Assembly (NCBI GenBank): GCA_033857355.1
Contig: JAWVDL010000058.1
Span: 1-25,065 of the forward strand
DNA length: 25,065 nucleotides
Direction: 5' to 3'
DNA from: Gaiellaceae bacterium
GTDB lineage: Bacteria; Actinomycetota; Thermoleophilia; Gaiellales; Gaiellaceae
Below the pieces are notes generated by a model. The model had not been told where the DNA came from, did not search any database, and saw nothing but the letters and a program-made list of their open reading frames with translations. Below, one piece after another: positions 1 to 7,790 of the stretch. Made by a program: the position numbers and the translations under genes. Within the stretch, counting starts at the first letter, position 1. Each line of letters opens with the position of its first letter.

Positions 1-1
1 T

Positions 2-520
2 CGAGAGGAGCTCGACCCCTTCGTCGAAATCGCAGCGGGAGAAGACGATCCGGGTCAGCGGGTTGAGCGGGTTGTGCTCGAAGACCGCCACGATTCCGGC
101 TGGCCGGACGACGCGCGCCAGCTCGGCCGCGAGGCCGGCTCGGTCGGGCGGATCGACGTGGTGGAAGACATTGACCGCAAAGGCAAGGTCGAAGCTCTCG
201 TCGGCAAAGGGGAGCGTTTCCCCGTCGTACGTCCGATAGCGCACCGCCGGGTTCGCGGCGGCGGCGCGCTCGACGAGGGCCTGCGAGACGTCGACGCCCT
301 CCAGGGCGCCGATCTTGGCGAGATACGGATGGAGCGAGCCCGGACCGGAGCCGACGTCGAGAGCGTGGATCCGCGCGGGGTCGCCGATCTCCCTGCGAGC
401 GAGCTCGACGAGGACTCTGCCCTTGGCTTCGAGATAAAACGCGTGCTCTTGGCGGCCAAAGCCGATCGCGTCGCCGACGGCCTGCTCGTAGCTCTCTCCG
501 TAGCGGTCGAATTCCGACAC
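2..520 (-). CDS. Class I SAM-dependent methyltransferase (3' end runs off the left edge; not in the ORF track)
   Basis: Manual translation from GTG at 520: MSEFDRYGESYEQAV...ALDVGSGPG (motif I)...LPFADESFDLAFAVNVFHHV...ELARVVRPAGIVAVFEHNPLNPLTR; no stop before the window edge. Confidence 0.88.
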   Translation of the reverse strand, partial: MSEFDRYGESYEQAVGDAIGFGRQEHAFYLEAKGRVLVELARREIGDPARIHALDVGSGPGSLHPYLAKIGALEGVDVSQALVERAAAANPAVRYRTYDGETLPFADESFDLAFAVNVFHHVDPPDRAGLAAELARVVRPAGIVAVFEHNPLNPLTRIVFSRCDFDEGVELLS

Positions 521-539
521 GGAACTATCATCGCTGGCC

Positions 540-1643
540 GTGTTCCTCAAGGGACTTTTCTGGGGCTCGCTCGGTGCGCTCGCGTGGACCCACGTCGGCT
601 ATCCGGTCGCCGCGACCGTCGCGTCCCGGGTGCGCCCGAGGACCGTGCGAAAGGGCGACGCGCAGCCGCGTGTGAGCGTGATCGTCGCCGCCTGGAATGA
701 GGAGGACGTGATCGAGCGGCGCCTCGAGAACCTGCTCGCGCTCGACTATCCGCCGGAGCTCGTCGAGATCGTGGTGGCGTCCGACGCGTCGAGCGACCGC
801 ACCGACGAGCTCGTCACGGCGGTGTCGACCCGCGAGCCGCGCGTACGCCTCGTTCGTGCCCCGCGGGGAGGGAAGGTCGCGGCGCAGAACTTCACCGTGC
901 CGCAGACCTCCGGCGAGATCCTCGCTTTCTCCGACGCCAACGCGACCTGGGCTCCCGACGCGCTCGCCAAGCTCGTCCGCAGCTTCGCCGATCCGGACGT
1001 CGCGTATGTGTGCGGCGAGCTGCAGCTGCAGCGGCCCGACGGGACGAACCGCGAGGGCGCGTACTGGCGATACGAGTTGCTGGTTCGCGCTGCCGAGTCG
1101 GCGCTCGGCTCGGTCACAGGCGGGAACGGCTCGATCTACGCGGTGCGCCGGGAGGACTACCTGGACGTCGACCCGCGCTTCGGACACGACCTCTCCTTTC
1201 CGTACCGGATGGTGCAACGCGGAAGGCGCGCGGTCTTCGAGCCCGATGCCGTGGCGTACGAGAAGCCCTCGCGAGACCTCGAGGACGAGTACCGGCGCAA
1301 GGTGCGCATGTTCGAGCACTGCTGGCTGATCGTCCTGCGCGGTCGGATGTTCAGCGACCTGGATCGGGTCTACCTCGCCGAGGTGCTGTCACACCGGCTC
1401 CTTCGGTACGGGAGCGGACTTCTCCACGTCGCGCTGCTCGCGACGAGCGTCGCGCTGGCGCGTGAAGGCCGGATCTACGCAGCGGCGCTGGCTGCGCAGC
1501 TCGCGTTCTTCGCCATGGCGGCGGCGCGACCGGGGTTGCCGCGCTACTACACGCTGGTTACGTGGGCTACGGTCGAGGCGCTCCGGAACTACCTGCGTGA
1601 CGGCGTCCCTGCCGTATGGGAGAAGGCGGAGGGAACGCGGTGA
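540..1643 (+). CDS. Glycosyltransferase family 2, CesA/IcaA-like, with TM segments
   Basis: SVIVAAWNEE, ASDASSD, RGGKVAAQN, FSDAN (DxD-like), GNGSIYAVRR, and an EYRRKVR variant of QxxRW; hydrophobic N- and C-terminal helices. Confidence 0.9.
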   Translation: MFLKGLFWGSLGALAWTHVGYPVAATVASRVRPRTVRKGDAQPRVSVIVAAWNEEDVIERRLENLLALDYPPELVEIVVASDASSDRTDELVTAVSTREPRVRLVRAPRGGKVAAQNFTVPQTSGEILAFSDANATWAPDALAKLVRSFADPDVAYVCGELQLQRPDGTNREGAYWRYELLVRAAESALGSVTGGNGSIYAVRREDYLDVDPRFGHDLSFPYRMVQRGRRAVFEPDAVAYEKPSRDLEDEYRRKVRMFEHCWLIVLRGRMFSDLDRVYLAEVLSHRLLRYGSGLLHVALLATSVALAREGRIYAAALAAQLAFFAMAAARPGLPRYYTLVTWATVEALRNYLRDGVPAVWEKAEGTR

Positions 1644-2221
1644 ATCGCGCGGCGGACGTCGTCGGCGCGGTCGTCGGCTTGGCCCTCGCGAGTCCCGTGC
1701 TCGCCGCTGCGGCGGTGGCGATCAAGCTCGAGGACGGCGGCCCGGTGCTCTACCGCCAGCGCCGCGTCGGCCTCGGCGGCGCGGACTTCGACCTGCTCAA
1801 GCTGCGGACGATGATCGTCGGGGCGGAGCATCAGGGCGCGGGCCTCGCGGTCAACCGCGGCGACGCACGCATCACCCGGGTCGGCCGCGTCCTCCGGCGC
1901 CTCTCGCTGGACGAGCTGCCGCAGCTCTGGAACGTCGTGCGCGGCGAGATGTCCCTGATCGGGCCTCGCCCGACGCTCCGTTACCAGGTCGAGCGGTACT
2001 CCGAGCGGCAGCGCAAGCGCCTGGACGTCAAGCCCGGGATCACGGGCTGGGCCCAGGTCAACGGGCGGGCGTCGCTGCCGTGGGACGACCGGATCGAGCT
2101 CGACGTTTGGTACGTGGAGCATCGCTCGCCGGCGGTCGACCTGAAGATCCTCGCCAAGACGCCCCTCGCGCTCTTCTCGGCCACGTACAAGGGCGAGACC
2201 GGAGGCTGGCACAACGCTTGA
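1640..2221 (+). CDS. Bacterial sugar transferase (priming polyprenyl-phosphate glycosylphosphotransferase, WcaJ/WbaP C-terminal domain type)
   Basis: KLRTM, DARITRVGRVLRRLSLDELPQLWNVVRGEMSLIGPRP, VKPGITGWAQVNGR, DVWYVEH motifs; start moved to GTG 1640, giving a GTGA overlap with the upstream stop. Confidence 0.93.
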   Translation: MNRAADVVGAVVGLALASPVLAAAAVAIKLEDGGPVLYRQRRVGLGGADFDLLKLRTMIVGAEHQGAGLAVNRGDARITRVGRVLRRLSLDELPQLWNVVRGEMSLIGPRPTLRYQVERYSERQRKRLDVKPGITGWAQVNGRASLPWDDRIELDVWYVEHRSPAVDLKILAKTPLALFSATYKGETGGWHNA

Positions 2222-2263
2222 TCCTGCTTGGGAAGGGTCGTCCTCACCTCCTCCCCTGCTGCG

Positions 2264-2292
2264 ATCGTAAGCCGGAACGTGTGCCGTGTCAG
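2264..2292 (-). promoter_or_regulatory. Putative sigma70-type promoter on the minus strand (CTGACA-N17-TACGAT), pointing antisense into the sugar transferase gene
   Basis: -35 at 2292-2287, 17-nt spacer, -10 at 2269-2264; followed by the SD-like sequence GGGGAGGAGGTG (2256-2245). Confidence 0.5.
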
Positions 2293-2300
2293 CGACTTCT

Positions 2301-2319
2301 CGTAACGAATGCGTAACGA
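2301..2319. promoter_or_regulatory. Direct repeat CGTAACGA x2 with 11-bp period (candidate OmpR/PhoB-type operator)
   Basis: CGTAACGA at 2301-2308 and 2312-2319 in the intergenic region. Confidence 0.5.
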
Positions 2320-2340
2320 CTGCGGGCTAGGCTCTTCGCC

Positions 2341-3345
2341 GTGCCGACCGTCCTCTTCACGTGCGCCGGCCAGCGCGTCGACATCGTCACGGCGTTCTGC
2401 CGTGCGGGCGCGACGACGATCGCGACCGACGTCAATCCGCTTGCGCCGGCGCTCTACCACGCCGACCGCTACGCACTCGTCCCGCGGATCGGAACGCCCG
2501 ACTACGTCCCTGCGCTGCGCGATCTCGTTCGCGCGCACGACGTCGACCTGATCGTCCCGCTCACCGATCTCGACCCACCCGTGCTCGCGCGCGCCCGCGA
2601 CGAGCTCGGCGCGCTCGTGCTCCTCCCGGATGCAGAGCTCGTCGACTTGCTCGGCGACAAGTACCGCGCCCACCAGCTCTTCCTCGAGCGCGGGATCGGA
2701 TCCCCTCCGACCTGGCTACCCGACGAGCTGCCCGACGAGGTCGAGCTGCCGGTGCTCGTGAAAGCGCGGGAAGGCTTCGGCTCGCGGCACATCTACCGCG
2801 CCGACACGCGCGAGCAGCTGGACTTCTTCCTCGGCTACACGCCCGTCGACTCGATGGTGCAGGCCGTCTGCCTGGGAGAGGAGTTCTCGATCGACGTGTT
2901 CTGCGACCTCGAGGGGCACTGCGTGGCCGCGATCCCGCGCACGATGATCGAATCCAAGGGCGGCGAGTCGATCAAGGGCCGGAGCATCAAGGACTGGGAT
3001 CTGATCGAGCACGCCTGCGGTGTCGCCGAGGCGTTGCGGCTCGTGGGGCCGGCGAACATCCAGTGCTTCCGCGAGCCGGGCGGGAAGAAGCTCGTGACCG
3101 ACATCAACCCGCGCTTCGGCGGCGGCTTCCCGCTGCCACTCGCGGCCGGTGGCCGGTATCCGGAGCTTGCGCTCGCACTGGCAGCGGGGGAGCGGCTCGA
3201 GCCGAAGCTTGGGGAGTTCCGCGAAGGCGTCGTGATGACGCGCTTCTTCTCCCACCTGTCTCTGACCGCCGCAGGCGACGGTACGCTCGATCCGTTCGCC
3301 GAGGACCTCCCAGAGCCCGTCGCCACAGAGCCCGGCGAGGCGTGA
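2341..3345 (+). CDS. ATP-grasp domain protein (carbamoyl-phosphate-synthase-like, polysaccharide-cluster type)
   Basis: DKYRAH, PVLVKAREGFGSR, EEFSIDVF, ANIQCF, TDINPRFGGG motifs; TAGGCT -10 element 7 nt before the GTG start. Confidence 0.85.
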   Translation: MPTVLFTCAGQRVDIVTAFCRAGATTIATDVNPLAPALYHADRYALVPRIGTPDYVPALRDLVRAHDVDLIVPLTDLDPPVLARARDELGALVLLPDAELVDLLGDKYRAHQLFLERGIGSPPTWLPDELPDEVELPVLVKAREGFGSRHIYRADTREQLDFFLGYTPVDSMVQAVCLGEEFSIDVFCDLEGHCVAAIPRTMIESKGGESIKGRSIKDWDLIEHACGVAEALRLVGPANIQCFREPGGKKLVTDINPRFGGGFPLPLAAGGRYPELALALAAGERLEPKLGEFREGVVMTRFFSHLSLTAAGDGTLDPFAEDLPEPVATEPGEA

Positions 3346-4781
3346 TCCGCCGGCTCGCCACGCTCGGGGCGCTCGTCGCCCTCGCCTCCGCGTGCGGCGA
3401 GGCCCAGCACAGCGCCACCCCGGAGAGCACAAGTAACAGAGTGTTACTAAGTCGGAAGGGCCCGGGAAGAGCGCTTGCCGGGGCCCACCGCCTGGCTCGG
3501 CCGGCGATCCTGCAGGTGACGCTCGTGAACGGGGACACGCTTCGGCGCGTCTCGGGCGGCCGCGTGCGGATCGCCGGCAAGGCCACCCAAACGAACCGTC
3601 GCGGCGTCGCGCGCATCCACGTCGCCGACCGTCACCCCTATCCCGTGCGCGTCAACGTGCGCGGCTTCGCGGCGCGCACCGTTCGCGAGTCGTTCCGGCG
3701 CCGCCGCAAGGTCACGATCCGGGTCTACCGGCCCGAGCTGCAATGGCCGTTCTACGGGGCAACCGCTGCCCGCAGCCAGGCTCAGCGCCACATCCGGCTT
3801 CGCCCGCCGTTCCGGGTCGTCTGGAGCCGCGGGATCGGAACGCTGATCGAGTTTCCCGCCGTCGTCTCCGACGGAGTCGCGTACATCGGCAACTTCCGCG
3901 GCACGGTGCGGGCGATCTCGATGCGCTCGGGACACGTCGCGTGGCGCACCGACCTGCACGCGAAGATGGCCGCCTCGCCGGGTGTCGTCGGCGACGAGCT
4001 CGTCGTCCACACGATGAGCGGCTCCGTGTACGTGCTCGACCGCGCGACCGGGCGCCGCCTGTGGAGCCGCTACATCGGCTCGCCGATCGAGTCGTCTCCG
4101 GTCGTGCGGCACGGTGTCGACTACTTCGGCGCGTGGAACGGCCGGGTCTACGCGCTCGACCTCCGTCGACACCGGGTGCGCTGGACGTACCGCTCGGGCT
4201 ACAAGATCACCTCGAGCCCGGCGCTCGCCGGCCGCACGCTGTTCGTCGGCGACTACGGAGGGCGGCTGCTCGCGCTGCGGGCGCGGGACGGGGCTCTGCG
4301 CTGGGCCCGCTCGGTCAACGGGCGCATCTACGGAACGCCCGCCGTCGCTGGCAGACGCGTCTTCGTCCCCTCGTCCACCGGCGGCTCGTTGACCGCGTTC
4401 TCGACGGGCGGGCGCAGGCTCTGGTCGCTCAACACGGGCTCGTACGTCTACTCGTCGCCGGCCGCCTGGCACGGGCGTGTCTTCTTCGGCGCCTACAACG
4501 GCTCTTTCTACGGCGTCTCCGCAGGCAGCGGGCGCATTCTCTGGCGCGTCGGCACCGGCGGGCCCGTCTCGGGGGCGGCGGTCGTCGTGGACGGCGTCGC
4601 CTACGCCGGCAGCTTCGCTCACCGCATCGTCGGCGTCGACGCGCGCTCCGGGCGGGTTCGCCTGCGCTTCCCGCACGGGGAGTACGTGCCGGTCTCCGGC
4701 AACGGCGGACGGCTGCTCCTGCACGGTTACTCGCGGCTCTACGCCGTCGAGCCGCGCCGTCGTCGGCGCCACAAGCGATGA
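3342..4781 (+). CDS. PQQ-binding-like beta-propeller repeat protein with signal/lipoprotein-like N-terminus and an Ig-like region
   Basis: GTG at 3342 overlaps the upstream TGA; MIRRLATLGALVALASAC; repeated SSP(V/A)V..G.VY.G...G.VYALD...G...W blades. Confidence 0.85.
   Translation: MIRRLATLGALVALASACGEAQHSATPESTSNRVLLSRKGPGRALAGAHRLARPAILQVTLVNGDTLRRVSGGRVRIAGKATQTNRRGVARIHVADRHPYPVRVNVRGFAARTVRESFRRRRKVTIRVYRPELQWPFYGATAARSQAQRHIRLRPPFRVVWSRGIGTLIEFPAVVSDGVAYIGNFRGTVRAISMRSGHVAWRTDLHAKMAASPGVVGDELVVHTMSGSVYVLDRATGRRLWSRYIGSPIESSPVVRHGVDYFGAWNGRVYALDLRRHRVRWTYRSGYKITSSPALAGRTLFVGDYGGRLLALRARDGALRWARSVNGRIYGTPAVAGRRVFVPSSTGGSLTAFSTGGRRLWSLNTGSYVYSSPAAWHGRVFFGAYNGSFYGVSAGSGRILWRVGTGGPVSGAAVVVDGVAYAGSFAHRIVGVDARSGRVRLRFPHGEYVPVSGNGGRLLLHGYSRLYAVEPRRRRRHKR
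3432..3448. repeat. Perfect AT-rich inverted repeat AGTAACA-GAG-TGTTACT inside a CDS
   Basis: 7-bp arms at 3432-3438 and 3442-3448, read directly from the sequence. Confidence 0.8.
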
Positions 4782-6013
4782 AGCGCTTGCTCCTCGGAGC
4801 CCTCGCGGTGCTCGTCGTCGCCGGCGGCGCGCTCGCCGCGTTCGTCGTCTACCGCGAGCGCCAGAGCCGGAACGTCCGCGGCTCTTCGACGGTCGAGTTC
4901 GTCGCCACCGAGCCGACCGCGCCCGTCGTCCGCGAGGAGGGCGTGCTCTGGCCGATGTTCGGCTACACGGAGCAGCGCGACCGCTACGCGCCCGGGCTCG
5001 ACGTCCGGCCCCCGTTCCGTGCGATCTGGCGCTACCGCGCGCAGAGCCTCCTGGAGTTCCCGCCCGCGATCGCGTACGGCCGCCTCTACGTCGTCTCGAA
5101 CGCGGGCGTCGCGATCGCGGTCAACACGCGCACCGGCAAGAAGGCGTGGAAGCACCGCGTCGGCCGCTGCTCGGCGGCGTCGCCGGCCGTGCACGGGCAC
5201 GTCGTCTTCGCCTCGTTCCTCAACCGCCCGCCTTGCAACGCGAAGAAGGTTCTGGACGGCGAGGTGATCGCGTTCGCCGCCGGCTTCGGCAAGATCCGCT
5301 GGCGCACGCGGATCGGGCCGACCGAGTCGTCGCCGCTCGTCGCGAACGGGCGCGTCTACGTGGGCGACTGGCGCGGCCGCGTGTACGCGCTCGACGAGCT
5401 GACCGGAAAGATCGACTGGAGCTTCCAGACGGGGAACCGGATCAAGGGAGCGGCGGCGCTGTCCGGGAACCGCCTGTTCGTGGGCTCGTACGACCACCAC
5501 GTCTACGCGCTCGGAGCCCGCACCGGAAAGCTGATCTGGAAGGCGGCCGCGCAACAGCGCCTCGGCCACCGCGGCCAGTTCTATGCAACTCCCGCCGTCG
5601 CCTACGGGCGCGTCTACGTGGGAGCGACCGACGGCAAGATGTATTCGTTCGGGGCCGCGAGCGGGAAGCTCCGCTGGTCGCACGGCACGGGCGGCTACGT
5701 CTACGGCTCGGCGGCGGTCTGGCGGAAGCGCGTCTACGTCGGCTCCTACAGCAAGACCTTCTTCTGCTTCGACGCGGCAACTGGGGACGTGCTCTGGCAG
5801 TTCAAGGCGAACGGCCCGATCTCGGGCTCCGCGACGATCGTGGACGGCGTGGTCTACTTCGCCACGCTGAAACGGCGCACGTACGGTCTGGACGCCCGCA
5901 CCGGCCGGCAGCTGTGGACCTTCCCCGACGGGAAGTACAGCCCGGTCGTGGCCGACAAGAAGCGCCTCTACGTCGTCGGCTACGCGAGGATGTATGGGAT
6001 GGTGCCGCGATGA
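4778..6013 (+). CDS. Second PQQ-binding-like beta-propeller repeat protein, N-terminally anchored or secreted
   Basis: ATGA overlap at 4778-4781; MKRLLLGALAVLVVAGG; WPMFG...RPPFRAIW...LLEFPP and repeated SSP/ATP..G.VYVG...G..YA blades. Confidence 0.88.
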   Translation: MKRLLLGALAVLVVAGGALAAFVVYRERQSRNVRGSSTVEFVATEPTAPVVREEGVLWPMFGYTEQRDRYAPGLDVRPPFRAIWRYRAQSLLEFPPAIAYGRLYVVSNAGVAIAVNTRTGKKAWKHRVGRCSAASPAVHGHVVFASFLNRPPCNAKKVLDGEVIAFAAGFGKIRWRTRIGPTESSPLVANGRVYVGDWRGRVYALDELTGKIDWSFQTGNRIKGAAALSGNRLFVGSYDHHVYALGARTGKLIWKAAAQQRLGHRGQFYATPAVAYGRVYVGATDGKMYSFGAASGKLRWSHGTGGYVYGSAAVWRKRVYVGSYSKTFFCFDAATGDVLWQFKANGPISGSATIVDGVVYFATLKRRTYGLDARTGRQLWTFPDGKYSPVVADKKRLYVVGYARMYGMVPR

Positions 6014-6921
6014 GATACGTGGTGACCGGCGCCGCGGGGTTCATCGGCTCGCACCTCGCCGAAGCGCTTCACGCCGCCGGCCACGACGTCGTCGGGATCG
6101 ACGCCTTCACCGACTACTACGACCCTGCGCTGAAGGAGGAGAACGCGCGCGGCCTCGACGTCCGGCGGCTCGACCTCGCCGCGGACGAGCTCGACTTCGC
6201 AGGCTTCGACGGCGTCTTCCACCTGGCCGGACGGCCCGGGGTGCGCAGCTTCGGCGACGTCTTCCCCCGGTACCTTCGCGACAACGTGCTCGCAACGCAA
6301 CGGGTCTTCGAGGCCGCCGTGCGCGACCGTGTGCGCGTCGTCTTCGCCTCGTCGTCGTCGGTCTACGGCGAGACCGAGCGCTATCCGACGCCGGAGGACA
6401 CACCCGCTCGTCCGCTCTCCCCGTACGGGATCACCAAGCTGACCGGCGAGCAGCTCGCACGCGCGTACGCGAGCAGCTTCGGGCTCGACGCGGTGGTCCT
6501 GCGTTACTTCAACGCGTTCGGGCCCCGCCAGCGGCCCGACATGGCGTTCACGCGAATCGCGCTTGCGCTCGCTTCGGGCGAGCACTTCACGGTGTACGGC
6601 GACGGGAAGCAGTCGCGCGGTTGGACCTACGTCTCCGACGTCGTGGACGCGACGGTCCTTGCGATGCAGCGCGGTAGCGGGACCTACAACGTCGGCGGCG
6701 CGCACGAGGTGTCGCTGCAGGAGGCGATCGCGCAGTTCGAACGGATCTCGGGACGGACCCTCGATATCCGAGACGACGCAGCCGTTCCCGGCGACCAGCG
6801 GCGGACGAACGCCGACACGACGCGGATTCGCAGCGAGCTCGGCTGGGAGCCGCGGGTGGGTGTCGAGGAAGGGCTGCAGGCCGAATGGGACTGGGCCTCC
6901 GCTAGAGTCGCCGCCCGATGA
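6010..6921 (+). CDS. NAD-dependent epimerase/dehydratase (extended SDR)
   Basis: VTGAAGFIGSH, ASSSSVYG, PYGITK (YxxxK), LRYFNAFGPRQRPDM; ATGA overlap with the upstream gene. Confidence 0.93.
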   Translation: MRYVVTGAAGFIGSHLAEALHAAGHDVVGIDAFTDYYDPALKEENARGLDVRRLDLAADELDFAGFDGVFHLAGRPGVRSFGDVFPRYLRDNVLATQRVFEAAVRDRVRVVFASSSSVYGETERYPTPEDTPARPLSPYGITKLTGEQLARAYASSFGLDAVVLRYFNAFGPRQRPDMAFTRIALALASGEHFTVYGDGKQSRGWTYVSDVVDATVLAMQRGSGTYNVGGAHEVSLQEAIAQFERISGRTLDIRDDAAVPGDQRRTNADTTRIRSELGWEPRVGVEEGLQAEWDWASARVAAR

Positions 6922-7775
6922 GCGCTGCCGATCTGGAGGGAGAGCAGGAGGTCGATCTCGGCCGCTACGGCAGTGCGCTCGCAGCGCGATGGTGGCTGCC
7001 GGTGGCCGGCCTGATCCTCGGCGCGGTGCTCGGATACCTGCTCTCGGTCGGCGGCAAGCAGACCTTCAGCGCCCAGGCTGTCCTCTATCCCGGCACCCCG
7101 TACTCGCCGAGCGGCGGGAACGCGATCCAGAGCCCGCAGACGAATCCGGCGAGCATCCGCGCGATCGTCAAGTCGGAGTCGACGCTCCGGCGCGTCTCCG
7201 CCGACGTCGGGATCCCGGTCGCGAAGCTGCGCTCGGGCACCTCCGCGAACGTCGTGGGCGGGACGGTGCCGAAGACCGGCCAGGTGCCGCTCTACGCAAT
7301 CACCGTCAAGGGAGGCCAGCCGGCGAAGATCGCCCGTGCGGCGAACGAGCTGGCGCGGATCGCCGTCGCGGGCGTCTCGGCGGGCTATGTCGACACGAAG
7401 ATCGCCTCGCTGCAGGCCCAGGTGACCTCCGACCAGCAGCAGCTCACCTCGATCGACCAGGAGGTGGGGCGCATCGAGGCGACCCTCCCGCGTGTAGGGG
7501 CGAGCGACCGGATCGCCGCAGCCGCGCTCGTGCTCGCAGCGCAGCAACGTCGGGCGGTCGTCCAGCAGGATCTCCTCGCGGTCCGGCCGCTGCTCGCGCA
7601 GGCGCAGACCGTCGAGCGCGGGAGGATCCTCACCCGTGCGGTGGCCAGCAAGGCAACCGCACGCAGCCGCCGGAACTCGATCGTGGTCGCCGCGCTGATC
7701 GGCCTCATCCTCGGCGGCCTCGCCGCGCTCGCCTGGGAGCGCTTCGCCGCACGCGAACCCCGCCGCCCGGCCTAG
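6918..7775 (+). CDS. Wzz/PCP-like polysaccharide chain-length determinant (no kinase domain)
   Basis: N-terminal TM (RWWLPVAGLILGAVLGYLL), Gln/Ala-rich coiled-coil middle, C-terminal TM (NSIVVAALIGLILGGLAALAW). Confidence 0.75.
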   Translation: MSAADLEGEQEVDLGRYGSALAARWWLPVAGLILGAVLGYLLSVGGKQTFSAQAVLYPGTPYSPSGGNAIQSPQTNPASIRAIVKSESTLRRVSADVGIPVAKLRSGTSANVVGGTVPKTGQVPLYAITVKGGQPAKIARAANELARIAVAGVSAGYVDTKIASLQAQVTSDQQQLTSIDQEVGRIEATLPRVGASDRIAAAALVLAAQQRRAVVQQDLLAVRPLLAQAQTVERGRILTRAVASKATARSRRNSIVVAALIGLILGGLAALAWERFAAREPRRPA

Positions 7776-7790
7776 TACGCTCAGCGCGGG

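Noticed and set aside
2245-2256. CACCTCCT resembling the 16S rRNA 3' end
   Set aside because: There is no surrounding rRNA sequence; it is better read as an SD-like sequence on the minus strand.
2341-3345. ATP-grasp enzyme as a graspetide maturase for the repeat peptide
   Set aside because: It is 13 kb away, coupled into the glycan operon, and the DxGRx repeats lack the Thr/Ser/Lys donors graspetides need.
3081-3490. Other GGGAAGA heptamers (about 3082 and 3464; also about 22862)
   Set aside because: They lie inside CDSs and lack CGTC after a 16-nt spacer. This was a spot check, not an exhaustive scan.
3342-6013. PQQ-dependent dehydrogenase or BamB annotation
   Set aside because: I recognised no dehydrogenase catalytic features and no pqq genes are present; the host appears to be a monoderm, so BamB is not expected.
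2361-6921. Very long ORFs of 806, 756 and 814 aa in the track
   Set aside because: Only their 3' parts (from 3342, 4778 and 6010) encode recognisable proteins with coupled starts; the 5' parts are Arg/Pro-rich off-frame read-through of neighbouring genes, typical of high-GC DNA.
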